From NCBI GenBank assembly GCA_937921685.1, contig CAKZUF010000002.1, forward strand, positions 19,236-83,235: DNA of 64,000 nt, read 5' to 3'. Both the position numbers and the translations under genes were made by a program. The notes beneath the pieces were generated by a model. It ran no database searches. It was given only the letters and a program-made list of their open reading frames with translations, and was not told the DNA's origin. This stretch comes from an uncultured archaeon. Its GTDB lineage: Archaea > Thermoproteota > Nitrososphaeria_A > Caldarchaeales > Calditenuaceae. This document shows, in pieces, positions 9,383 through 18,517 of this stretch; the stretch's first letter is position 1; each line of letters begins with the position of its first letter.

Positions 9383-10614
9383 AAGAGGCGGACCTCACCC
9401 CGCAGAATAAGGTCAGTCAACATGGTAATGTTTTTCAATTCGTAGTTAACGATCTCCTTCACCTCATTCCTCACGTTAGAAGTGATCTTCTCACCCGAGA
9501 TGTATTGGATGGATGCCATGAGAGGTCTATCAATCCTTCGCCCAATCTGGGCCAAGAGTTTGACATAAACCTCGTCAAACACGTTGCACTCGTTGTAGAT
9601 CTTATCTGCGATCCTGTAGGCTGCCACGTTGTATATTTTGCCCACATGGGAGACCGGGTTTTTTCCAGCCGTAGCCTCTAGAGACATCTGCCTGCAGGGC
9701 GTGATCAATCCCGAGGCCCTGTTGCCTCGCCCCGTGTTACCATCATCGCCATGCTCCGCCGAAGTCCCTGTAACGGTCAAGTAAACACTACTCTTCTCCC
9801 TCTTCTCAAGATTGATCATGTCTCCCGTGTTTACATCTACCACTACATCCATGCCCTCCGACATTTTGACAGCCAAGTCTAGTACCCTATCTCTTATCTC
9901 CTCCTTGACTGAGATGTAGTGGTCTAGGTCTGGTGTGAGGTGAGAAACTATACCGTCAGCTATGGTTAGATGGATTTTGTCCCCCTTCCTCAGCCCCATA
10001 ACTTTACAGTCCTCACCACTCTCCTTCAAAGTCCGCTTAAAGGAGGGACTGTTAATCTCCCTCTCCACGCTGTAGACTATTTTCTCGAGGGTTGTGAATG
10101 GGGCGTAGCCGACTCCAAAAGAGGTGTCGTTTGAGAGGGGCGCCACACCCCTATCATACTCCACTATCCTCACTAGGTCAGCGCTTCCAGGCCTTATCCT
10201 GCTGTCTGCAACTATGTGCTGGTCTGGGTCAAGGAACCTGAAGTTGTTCTTAATAAACGATCTAATCGCCTCCTTCAACAGTTTATCCACTGGAACTTCG
10301 TACTTGTTGGTGGGGGTCTCTATTACTGTTGTCGCTCTTCCCGCTATCAAGATGTATATGGGCTCGTCTAGTGTTCCGCCTCCGAATACTGGCGTAGCCC
10401 TGCCTCCTACAAGCAGGCCCTTATCCAGGTTGTGGTGATAGATCTTGCCAAAGTTCTCTAGGTAGTATTTCGAGAGCGCTACGCTGGCGGCCTCGCATAC
10501 CGAGTCTATAATGTAGTCGGGGTGGCCCAGCCCCTTTCTCTCAACAATCTCGACATACTGCTTGCCCGTAGGCAAACCCTTAATCCTCTCAAACACGATC
10601 GATGTCTTTTGCAT
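9379..10614 (-). CDS. mat: Archaeal-type S-adenosylmethionine synthetase
   Basis: [24 protein letters not shown] and [13 protein letters not shown] are archaeal MAT hallmarks. 411 aa. Confidence 0.9.
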   Translation of the reverse strand: MQKTSIVFERIKGLPTGKQYVEIVERKGLGHPDYIIDSVCEAASVALSKYYLENFGKIYHHNLDKGLLVGGRATPVFGGGTLDEPIYILIAGRATTVIETPTNKYEVPVDKLLKEAIRSFIKNNFRFLDPDQHIVADSRIRPGSADLVRIVEYDRGVAPLSNDTSFGVGYAPFTTLEKIVYSVEREINSPSFKRTLKESGEDCKVMGLRKGDKIHLTIADGIVSHLTPDLDHYISVKEEIRDRVLDLAVKMSEGMDVVVDVNTGDMINLEKREKSSVYLTVTGTSAEHGDDGNTGRGNRASGLITPCRQMSLEATAGKNPVSHVGKIYNVAAYRIADKIYNECNVFDEVYVKLLAQIGRRIDRPLMASIQYISGEKITSNVRNEVKEIVNYELKNITMLTDLILRGEVRLF

Positions 10615-10635
10615 CGATTAGCCGACTGTAAAGCC

Positions 10636-10646
10636 TATATTTAAAA
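10636..10646 (-). promoter_or_regulatory. Candidate TATA box for the SAM synthetase gene
   Basis: The minus strand reads TTTTAAATATA, centred ~27 nt upstream of the ATG at 10614. This spacing suggests a leaderless or very short-leader mRNA. Confidence 0.4.
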
Positions 10647-10694
10647 GGAACCCCCCCATCACACCGTTGGATTAGTGGCTCCGTAAGCTCTTTC

Positions 10695-10967
10695 CTATTC
10701 TTCAGAATAGTCAAGCTGTATGTAGAGTACGTTGTTCCCTCTCACCAGTATGTAGGGGTAACTCGCCTTTTTTACGTCGTTCTGATACTCAACCCCCCGG
10801 TTTATGACGAGGTTCATGTAGTTGTCAGCCTCCACGAGCGTCCCCACATAGGATATATCATTCTTCAGCATTACCCGTACTTGTTTGCTGAAGCTGTTCA
10901 TTATGAGGCTGAGCGGTCTAACCCCCGTCGCTGTACTCAAGACCCAATAATCTGTCGCAAGGCCCAA
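10695..10967 (-). CDS. Sm-like (LSm/SmAP) RNA-binding protein
   Basis: Sm1/Sm2-like RPLSLIMNSFSKQVRVMLKNDISYVGTLVEADNYMNLVI...ILVRGNNVLYI. The start is TTG at either 10967 or 10940. Confidence 0.75.
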   Translation of the reverse strand: MGLATDYWVLSTATGVRPLSLIMNSFSKQVRVMLKNDISYVGTLVEADNYMNLVINRGVEYQNDVKKASYPYILVRGNNVLYIQLDYSEE

Positions 10968-11175
10968 ATAAAAGTCTGACTCCGAGTTGCCACATTACTG
11001 CGCTCGAAGGCTTATCGAGGAAATGTTGAGACGGGTTTGGGGAACAATGATGTAGTGGGTTGGTAGGTTGTGTCGCAGGGTAGGTGTAGGGTTACGCGTA
11101 GCACAATGTATTGGGGCGTCTCACGTACTGTGGCAAAAACATATATGAGGCTTAATTGTTGGGTATGCCGCTAAG

Positions 11176-11478
11176 TTGGCCGAGAGACCTGCCGTCACCC
11201 TAAGCAAAAGAGCCCGTCTAGCCCTCGTCATCGCACTGTTAGGCGTGGCTATAAGCATAGTTCCTACCGTGCTTTTCCTACTCGTCATTGAGAATAAGCG
11301 TAACGACCCATTGGGCTGGGAGATATTTGCTGATTTTCCCCTCCACCTCCTGACGGCCTTCATCGGGGCGGTTATTGGTTTTACCGGTGCACTCTTGTTT
11401 AGATCTGCTGTTAGAAAGGAGCTGGAGGTTTTGAGGCATGAGGAGAAGACGGAGAGCGTCTTAGGGAGGACCGTCTAA
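11176..11478 (+). CDS. Hypothetical small membrane protein
   Basis: Two predicted TM helices. No family recognised. Confidence 0.3.
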   Translation: MAERPAVTLSKRARLALVIALLGVAISIVPTVLFLLVIENKRNDPLGWEIFADFPLHLLTAFIGAVIGFTGALLFRSAVRKELEVLRHEEKTESVLGRTV

Positions 11479-11485
11479 ACCCCTC

Positions 11486-14400
11486 TCACATATATCTCTT
11501 TAGCGAGAGTTGCCTTGGGCTTCTTGTCGGTGCTTGTTTGAAGACGGACTGTATGTTCTCGACGGCGTTGATGGACCCCTCCCTGAGATACGGATTTTCA
11601 ATATACTCCTCTAATAGGAGTGTTGCGAGTTCAACATACTTCTCGACCGCCCCCCTATACACTGTTTGGCTCAGCTCTGCACCACAGATCCTGCACACAC
11701 CTCTTAAGAGCATTCTCCTGTAACGGGCTCCACACCGCTTACACCTGTACGACTGTGAAAAATATGTGCGCAGGTTCCCTATAATGTCTGGGAGGACGTG
11801 GTGGGCCATAACCCTCTCTGCCACGAATTGAGGGTCAACAGCGCTTAGCATTTTACACAGTTCTAGCTGTGCAGTAACCCTCTCAAGCATTGTGCTCTTC
11901 TTTGTGTAAGTGGACCTATTCACATATCCTTGGAGAATGGCTATGTGGTTCATGCACTTTATCCCCCTTAAATTAGGCCCCATGTGAACCAGCTCCTTCA
12001 GTAGCTGAACCCTATCAGCCAGCTGCACCGCATGCTCGCCACGCTCAGCCGCCCGGTAGAATTCAAGAGGGAATCTAGTAACGACTTCAACATTATGGGA
12101 CTGTTCGTCAACCTCTCTCGGGTCTACTATCACGTTGAGGAGGAGGGGCGTATCCATCATCCCCCCAATCCTGTCTGGCAAATATTTTCTACTAAAGTTC
12201 ATGAATGCGTCAAGCAGGAGCATGATACTGTCCTCGTCTCCGTCACAGTCCCGCCGCTTCGCGGCGTGTAGGAGGGGGTGGGCATATACAACCCTCGCCT
12301 CTGTTATGCCTATCACTCTACAGACCACCGCCCCATATGTATGGGGGGAAAGCGCGGCGACCAGAGCACCGATGACATCACTTGGCGAGTTGAACCTGTA
12401 GTATTCTGGGAGGCCTGCACAGGCTAGGAGTCTGTCGATGAATTTTGATGTTTTATAGAGGTGGGCTGCAAGCTCGGAGGGTATTACAATGTCCTGGATC
12501 TTTAGCTCAAGAAGCTGGTCTGGGCTGTGGAGTGGTTCACCGTTGATGTCAGACTTGTATCCTAGGATGCGCAGTTTTGCAGGCTCGACGCCAATCTGGT
12601 TTGGGGTGAAGTGTGTTAGCGGCGCATTTGTGCTGTCAAACCTTATTGTCCCGTCCTTGTAGACATAAAGTCCCTGCCAAGCGCGTAGAATGCCCTTCAC
12701 TATGTCCTCCGGCTGTTTAGACCAGCTTGTCAGCTTCTTAACACCCTTCAACACTTTTACTGAAGCCCCTGCTACCCCCTCCGCTCTCCGAAGCTCCTCT
12801 TTTAGATCCACCACCCATTTCCGAGAGGCTTTTAGGGTGTGTCCGCATCGGGGGCAAATCTTGCCCTCAGGCTCCATGTACTCAGAGCCGCATTGGCCGC
12901 AGTCGGCTACCAACACGGTCGGCTTCTCACACCGGAGACAGATCCCACGCCAAGTCCTTTCACCACAGGACGTACATATGCGTGATACGAGTTCCAGCGA
13001 TATGTTTTCGTGCTCAGCCGCCTTCACTACGTCTCGTGTCGCACCGCCCGCCAATCCTAGGGGGTAGAGGAGGTGTACCGGTGGTTTCAGACGCCTCTGC
13101 TTAGCCTTTTCCGGACGACCAACCCTCACGGTGAGAACGGTACCCATTCGTGGACGGTATGGGGTCCCTGAGAGTCTCTCAACCGCCTCGCCCAAACTCA
13201 TGCCTGAAACATCAGTGTCCTTAAATGGTCTGAACAGGAAGATTAACGCCTTAATCCACTCCTTTGAGACTTGGATCCTGTTGCCTTGGATCCTATGCTC
13301 TATGAGCATTAACTCTAGTATTCTCTTGGCGTTGCTGTCTATGGGTAGTTGGAAGTAGCCTGAGCTTCTTGCCGAGTATTGGATAGCTGTTCTTAGCCAC
13401 CGTCTGAGGGCTTCAATGTCTGCTCCTGTAACCCTGTCCCAGAAGGGCATGTATCTTGGATGGATTGGGACGCCCAGTTTTGCGCTGATTTTACACGCCA
13501 CCTCGACTCTTGGGGTGTGGGTGAATGGGTTTTCTAGAACCTTCTCAATCTCAACTACTTCATCTCTCGAGAGAATATCCATCCAGCCCTGATTTGATAC
13601 TACCTCCTCGACCCAATACTCCTCACAATAGCCCGGTGGTTGTAGCTTTACGTTGTTCTCCACACAGTCGCCGAAGCTGACCAGTATGTCGCCGTTGAAT
13701 AGTATCTTGCTGAGCCTCTCCTCCGCCTCTGAAAGCTTCTGCTCCGAGTCCACTCTTAAGACAGAGGTGTCGGAGAGCATGACTATGGGCGGCTCAATTG
13801 TTGAGACTGCCATCGCCACCCCGCCCTTTCCGGGATAGTCCGTCTTCAGCTGGGTCCCTATCGCGACGTAGCCTCTCAGAATCTTCATCGTGTAGGGGTG
13901 GATGCCGAGCGCCGCCATGGAGGTGTTGGGAGCACGGCCGTATCGTAGGCGGAATCCGCCAAACATGTTCTCCATAGATAACACCGGCCTTCCGCCAACC
14001 ACTTCTTCTATCACAGAGCCCTTCCGGGCCGGCGTATACTTTTTCAGCATCTCTGGAACTGCTCGGAGCCACTCCCAGCCCTCAAGCCCGGCAGTCTCGA
14101 TCAGCCTCAAGAGTTTTCGAGCCCTACCCACGACGCCGTCGTTGACAACCCTCAGGGCTCCGCCCCTGAGATAGGGGGTTTCAACCCTCTTCAGGTCTCT
14201 GAAGCTTGAAACAGGAATATTATCAGTCGCTATGCCGGTGATCTCTATCGGAAGCCTTTGGAGAACATATCGTAAAACGTCTTCCGGCACATTGTATTGA
14301 AAATTACCAACCTTTCTCCTATAGGTCCGGATCTCCTCGATGAAACGCATTACCTCCTCCTCGGTTGCCCTGTAGGGTGAGAGCCCCGACACCTTCCTCA

Positions 14401-14878
14401 AGTAATCAGCTAGTACGACCGAGCCTGCGATCTCTGTTCCTCCAGCCGACCTTATTGGGCCTGCGTAGTAGACGGCCATGTAGCTTGTGCCGTCGCTGTT
14501 CTGTTTTATTTTGACGCCGACTATCCCCTCATTCGGTGCGGCGGTTGTTCCGGGCGGCGTCATCACAGCTAGTGCAGCGCGGAGGATTTGGGTAAGCTTG
14601 GATGGGTCTGGCTCTCTTGAGTCGCTGTATAGGCGGTCTATGAGTCGGAACGGTACTGTTTCCGGGTCGCAGCGCTGTTTAAGCTCTCTGATGATGGCCG
14701 CTACACCAGGAGGGCCCACAAGAAGCTCGATCCTCTCAGCCATGTCATAGGCTATCTTGACCTCAACGTCCCCTGTTGGCTGTTGAGCCCTCCGCCTAAA
14801 CTCTCTCGCAACCTCGTACTCTCTTCTCACCCTCTCCATTATTTCGGAGAGGTATGATCCTCCGCAGTACTCCGCCAA
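11486..14878 (-). CDS. polC: DNA polymerase D (Pol II) large subunit DP2
   Basis: 1130 aa. Catalytic signature HAAKRRDCDGDEDSIMLLLD and several CxxC zinc modules (CTSCGERTWRGICLRC, CGQCGS...CPRCG, CKRCGARY...CRICG). Confidence 0.9.
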   Translation of the reverse strand: MAEYCGGSYLSEIMERVRREYEVAREFRRRAQQPTGDVEVKIAYDMAERIELLVGPPGVAAIIRELKQRCDPETVPFRLIDRLYSDSREPDPSKLTQILRAALAVMTPPGTTAAPNEGIVGVKIKQNSDGTSYMAVYYAGPIRSAGGTEIAGSVVLADYLRKVSGLSPYRATEEEVMRFIEEIRTYRRKVGNFQYNVPEDVLRYVLQRLPIEITGIATDNIPVSSFRDLKRVETPYLRGGALRVVNDGVVGRARKLLRLIETAGLEGWEWLRAVPEMLKKYTPARKGSVIEEVVGGRPVLSMENMFGGFRLRYGRAPNTSMAALGIHPYTMKILRGYVAIGTQLKTDYPGKGGVAMAVSTIEPPIVMLSDTSVLRVDSEQKLSEAEERLSKILFNGDILVSFGDCVENNVKLQPPGYCEEYWVEEVVSNQGWMDILSRDEVVEIEKVLENPFTHTPRVEVACKISAKLGVPIHPRYMPFWDRVTGADIEALRRWLRTAIQYSARSSGYFQLPIDSNAKRILELMLIEHRIQGNRIQVSKEWIKALIFLFRPFKDTDVSGMSLGEAVERLSGTPYRPRMGTVLTVRVGRPEKAKQRRLKPPVHLLYPLGLAGGATRDVVKAAEHENISLELVSRICTSCGERTWRGICLRCEKPTVLVADCGQCGSEYMEPEGKICPRCGHTLKASRKWVVDLKEELRRAEGVAGASVKVLKGVKKLTSWSKQPEDIVKGILRAWQGLYVYKDGTIRFDSTNAPLTHFTPNQIGVEPAKLRILGYKSDINGEPLHSPDQLLELKIQDIVIPSELAAHLYKTSKFIDRLLACAGLPEYYRFNSPSDVIGALVAALSPHTYGAVVCRVIGITEARVVYAHPLLHAAKRRDCDGDEDSIMLLLDAFMNFSRKYLPDRIGGMMDTPLLLNVIVDPREVDEQSHNVEVVTRFPLEFYRAAERGEHAVQLADRVQLLKELVHMGPNLRGIKCMNHIAILQGYVNRSTYTKKSTMLERVTAQLELCKMLSAVDPQFVAERVMAHHVLPDIIGNLRTYFSQSYRCKRCGARYRRMLLRGVCRICGAELSQTVYRGAVEKYVELATLLLEEYIENPYLREGSINAVENIQSVFKQAPTRSPRQLSLKRYM

Positions 14879-14931
14879 CTAAGGAGGCCTTGGAGGCGGC
14901 TGGTTATAAAGAAGGCCGGGCCCTCCAGGTG

Positions 14932-15744
14932 CTACAATCGCGCATCGATATATCTTGATAGGGCCGGAGCCCTTTCCTTGGCCGCTTCTCTGGAGTATTC
15001 CACCACCTCGGCCAGCTTTTGGGGATCGTGCTCTGCTAGAGTACCTGTCACAATGATGTCGGCTCCAGCGCGAATGGCCTGTGCCGCTGCTTGGCCGGAC
15101 CTGATGCCCCCGCCCACGATTAAAGGGACATCCACTGTCTTTCTAACGACGCGGATTAGGTTTGGGGGTATTGGAGACTCTGCCCCTGACCCTGCCTCCA
15201 GATAGATTAGCCGCATACCCAGCATCTGGGCAGCCAGGGCGTAGCTCGCAACTATGTTGGGCTTATTCTCGGGGAGTGGGAATGCCCTCCCCACTGTAGC
15301 AACACTCGTCTCACCCTTAATCACGACGTATCCGACAGGTATCGGCTCAAGGTGATACTCCTTGACCATGAAGGAGCCGTGAATCTGGGCCCCAAGTATA
15401 AACCACCACTCAAGAGAGTTGAGCAGCGACATGTAGAAGACCGCGTCGGCGTAGGGGCTTAGGGACGTGATGTTGCTCGGGAAAATAATGACCGGAAGAT
15501 CGGAGACAGACTTTATCGCCTTTATCGCCTCATCCATCATCTCCTTGAAATATACTGTCGACCCACCCACCATGAACCCATCTGTGCCCATCTCCTCCGA
15601 CCTCTCAGCGAGCTTTGCCAAGTTCCTCGTATCAAGTACTTCTGGGTCGAAGAGGGTCAGATGTACGAATCCCTTCTCTCTCAGCTTGTTTACCAGATAG
15701 TTCTCTGTCTTTCCTATCCTGAATCCAGTCTCACAGCGGTTCAT
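14932..15744 (-). CDS. Geranylgeranylglyceryl phosphate synthase (PcrB/GGGPS family)
   Basis: TIM-barrel pattern LTLFDPE, GGST, IYLEAGSGA, VGGGIRS. Confidence 0.85.
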   Translation of the reverse strand: MNRCETGFRIGKTENYLVNKLREKGFVHLTLFDPEVLDTRNLAKLAERSEEMGTDGFMVGGSTVYFKEMMDEAIKAIKSVSDLPVIIFPSNITSLSPYADAVFYMSLLNSLEWWFILGAQIHGSFMVKEYHLEPIPVGYVVIKGETSVATVGRAFPLPENKPNIVASYALAAQMLGMRLIYLEAGSGAESPIPPNLIRVVRKTVDVPLIVGGGIRSGQAAAQAIRAGADIIVTGTLAEHDPQKLAEVVEYSREAAKERAPALSRYIDARL

Positions 15745-16127
15745 GATTCCCTGTTTTCCTCGCTACTCTCGCAAGATTCAGTAGCATCGAGTTGATCACC
15801 TTCCTCCACGGCCTCAACAGACTCGCCTGATTCTGACTGAAGCGCCTCGACCGCTACCGCCTCCAGCCTCTCTATCTTCTCCCTAACCTTTTCAGGGCTA
15901 ATACGGCCTGTCACAATGTCGTACCAAGTTGAGTAGGCGTCGACGGGCATGTAGCTCCTCAGCCAAGGAACCTCGTGGCTGACTCCGCACTTGCCGCATG
16001 AGACAACAGCCCTGAACCTCAGGACTTGGGTGACCGTGACGGCTTGGGCGCCGCATAGAGGGCAGGCAAAAACCTTCGGAGGAGCCCTAGCAGTCCTACG
16101 TATTATCTTCCTTCTCTTCCTCCCCAA
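15741..16127 (-). CDS. Elf1-type transcription elongation factor homolog (zinc ribbon) with acidic tail
   Basis: Basic N-terminus, then FACPLCGAQ...VSCGKCGVSHEV...PVDAYSTWYD, resembling eukaryotic Elf1. Overlaps the GGGPS start. Confidence 0.7.
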   Translation of the reverse strand: MGRKRRKIIRRTARAPPKVFACPLCGAQAVTVTQVLRFRAVVSCGKCGVSHEVPWLRSYMPVDAYSTWYDIVTGRISPEKVREKIERLEAVAVEALQSESGESVEAVEEGDQLDATESCESSEENRES

Positions 16128-16205
16128 CCCTCGCTACACCGAGGTGAATGGGTATAGGTGCTGCTAATTACCTTTCCCATTGCCTCGACTCTGCCGAATA
16201 TCGTG

Positions 16206-16298
16206 TGCGGCCGCCGGGATTTGAACCCGGGACTTGCGGGCGTGCCTGTCGCCACTAGCTCGGGGCCCCGCCGTCATACCTGGCTAGACCACGGCCGC
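16206..16298 (-). tRNA. Intron-containing tRNA, tentatively tRNA-Gly(CCC)
   Basis: The minus strand reads GCGGCCG/TG/GTCT-AGCCAGGTA-TGAC/G/GCGGG...CCCGC/AAGTC/CCGGG-TTCAAAT-CCCGG/CGGCCGC/A. Acceptor, D and T arms are perfect. C2:G71 and G3:C70 with A73 fit Gly. There are 26 nt between the anticodon-stem halves, implying a ~19-nt intron. No CCA is encoded. The anticodon loop lacks U33, so the isotype is tentative. Confidence 0.8.
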
Positions 16299-16336
16299 AT
16301 GTCGCCCTAGTAGCTGGATTGAGGGGGCGTCTGTCT

Positions 16337-16954
16337 TCAGATATTCTCGGATGTTGCCTTGAAATAAATCTTGAGCGCCGATTCCTCGTCGGGGCTCATG
16401 CCTTTAAATTCTGGCCCAGTCCCGTCGTCGGGTAGGACTAGTATGGTGGCTGTCGAGTAGTGTTTTTTGAGCTTTGCGACTAGTTCGTGGGTCAGAGCTT
16501 GGGGCCTGTATCCAATGTAGAAGGATAGGCGCCTACTCTTCCCCAGGCATTCAACAACCATCCTACACTCCACTTCAAAGGTTTCTATGCTTGGGTAGGT
16601 CTTAGTCTTCACCACGTAGCCGTCCACAACATAGGCCACTCCCAGCCTGCGGCCCGGATCTATTGCGACGTCGAGGGAGGTTGGGGGCCTGTTTGGCCCG
16701 AGGCTAGAGGCGGCTTGGAGGGCGATGCACTCTGGGGAGAAGTGGTCCTCTAGGTAGAGCGTTTTCAGACGGCTAGGAGGGGTCAGTCCCTCCTCCTTGC
16801 TGACCACTACTACTTTCACTGTGAGCGGAATCTCTTCTGGAGCGGTGACCCAGAGTGCTTGAATGTTGAGGCGGCGTAGAGCCTCCAGCACTTTTGACGC
16901 CTTCGCGTTATCCCTTAATAGAACAGCGACAACACCCCTGGCCCCGCTCCTCAA
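16337..16954 (-). CDS. Hypothetical protein with possible RNase H-fold motif
   Basis: 205 aa. VAIDPGRRLGVAYVV resembles the first beta-strand/Asp motif of RuvC/YqgF-like nucleases. No family confidently recognised. Confidence 0.4.
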   Translation of the reverse strand: MRSGARGVVAVLLRDNAKASKVLEALRRLNIQALWVTAPEEIPLTVKVVVVSKEEGLTPPSRLKTLYLEDHFSPECIALQAASSLGPNRPPTSLDVAIDPGRRLGVAYVVDGYVVKTKTYPSIETFEVECRMVVECLGKSRRLSFYIGYRPQALTHELVAKLKKHYSTATILVLPDDGTGPEFKGMSPDEESALKIYFKATSENI

Positions 16955-17064
16955 CCCCTACTATACACTGGTTGGCTGGCTTATAACCGGAGGCGACGGT
17001 CTGGCGTCCACTGCCGGTGAAAATATTTAAAGCATGGTTAGCTGCCTCAATGTGAAGGGATTAG

Positions 17065-18516
17065 GTGGCATCCTTCTGGGAAGGCCCGGGTTTAACGTTT
17101 GACGATGTACTGCTGGTGCCTAGGTTTTCGACGCTAAAGTCTAGGAGCGAGGCGTCCACGGTCACGAGGCTGACTAGGAAGCTCACGATCAACATACCTA
17201 TAGTATCGGCGGCAATGGACACAGTTACTGAGAGCAAAATGGCCATAGCCATGGCGAGAGAGGGAGGTCTCGGCGTCATACACAGATTTATGCCGATTAG
17301 ACAGCAGGTTGCGGAGGTCCTTAAGGTGAAGAGGGCCGAGGGAATAGTCATCGACGACCCATACACCATATTGCTAGGCTCCACAGTCGGTGAGGCGCGG
17401 CGGGAGATGGAGGCCAGAGGCGTGTCAGGCTTAATAGTCGTAGACGCTGAGAGGAGGGTACATGGCATAGTCACTGCCCGTGACATAATGTTTGAGAGGG
17501 ATGAAACCAGTGTAGAGGAGGTGATGACCCCTAGGAGCAGGCTTGTAACCGCTCGTGAGGGAGTCACGACAGAGGAGGCTGTGGAGATCATAAGGAAGCA
17601 CAAGGTTGAGAAGATCCCAATCGTTGATGAGGATTGGAGAATCAAAGGACTGATAACAGCGAAGGATATCAGGTCTCGGGGACTCTACCCGCACTCCTCA
17701 CGAGATGCTAAGGGTCGGATGATGGTTGGGGCCGCCATCGGCGTCAAGGGAGACTTCCTCGAGAGAGCTCGCGCCCTGATCGAGGCGGAGGCTGATGTGC
17801 TGGTGGTGGATGTAGCGCATGGGCATACAGAGCTCGTGTTAAACGCACTCAAGACGCTCAGAAGAGAGATGGGCGATGACGTGCAGATAATAGCTGGAAA
17901 CGTTGCAACACCTGAGGGGTTCGAGGACCTAGCCGCGTATGCCGACTGTGTGAAGGTCGGCATAGGGCCGGGGGCCGTATGCACGACGAGGATAGTTGCA
18001 GGCGTGGGTGTTCCACAGCTCACGGCGATCATTAGCTGTGCTGAGGCATCGGAGAGGACGGGGGTCCCGATGATGGCTGATGGAGGGGTCAGGAATTCAG
18101 CCGACATAGTGAAGGCTTTGGCAGGAGGAGCATCTACTGTGATGATAGGTATGTTGTTGGCTGGTACAGATGAGAGCCCAGGCGCCATCGTGGTGAGGAA
18201 CGGGAGAAAGAGCAAGGTCTACAGGGGCATGGCCTCCTTCTACGCGATGCTTAGCAGGGAGACAAGGTCTGCGGGTGACCTGCCACTCGACGAGGTCGCC
18301 GACTACTCCTACATGGCCGAAGGTGTTGAAGCATACGTCGACTATAAGGGCTCAGCAGCAGATGTCATAAAGCAACTGGTGAATGGTCTAAAGTCTGGGA
18401 TGAGCTACTTGGGTGCGAGGACCATCCCCGAGCTTAGGCAGAACGCAGTATTCATCCAGATCACCCACGCCTCATACCTCGAGTCGCTCCCACACGACGT
18501 CGAGCGGATAGGCTAG
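17065..18516 (+). CDS. guaB: IMP dehydrogenase with CBS pair
   Basis: GLTFDDVLLVP start, catalytic loop GIGPGAVCTTR, MADGGVR, GGASTVMIG. Confidence 0.9.
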   Translation: MASFWEGPGLTFDDVLLVPRFSTLKSRSEASTVTRLTRKLTINIPIVSAAMDTVTESKMAIAMAREGGLGVIHRFMPIRQQVAEVLKVKRAEGIVIDDPYTILLGSTVGEARREMEARGVSGLIVVDAERRVHGIVTARDIMFERDETSVEEVMTPRSRLVTAREGVTTEEAVEIIRKHKVEKIPIVDEDWRIKGLITAKDIRSRGLYPHSSRDAKGRMMVGAAIGVKGDFLERARALIEAEADVLVVDVAHGHTELVLNALKTLRREMGDDVQIIAGNVATPEGFEDLAAYADCVKVGIGPGAVCTTRIVAGVGVPQLTAIISCAEASERTGVPMMADGGVRNSADIVKALAGGASTVMIGMLLAGTDESPGAIVVRNGRKSKVYRGMASFYAMLSRETRSAGDLPLDEVADYSYMAEGVEAYVDYKGSAADVIKQLVNGLKSGMSYLGARTIPELRQNAVFIQITHASYLESLPHDVERIG

Positions 18517-18517
18517 C

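Noticed and set aside
10968-11175. G/T-rich 200-bp spacer (ggtaggttgtgtcgcagggtaggtgtagggtta) as a possible ncRNA
   Set aside because: I could draw no convincing helices, promoter or terminator. It is more likely just divergent promoter space for the Sm gene and the small membrane ORF.
17061-18215. Long antisense ORFs inside guaB (17061-17645, 17431-17694, 17685-18215, minus strand)
   Set aside because: They lie fully within a gene with unmistakable IMPDH motifs. Their products are low-complexity Ser/Thr/Ala/Pro-rich, as expected from antisense reading of GC-rich coding DNA.
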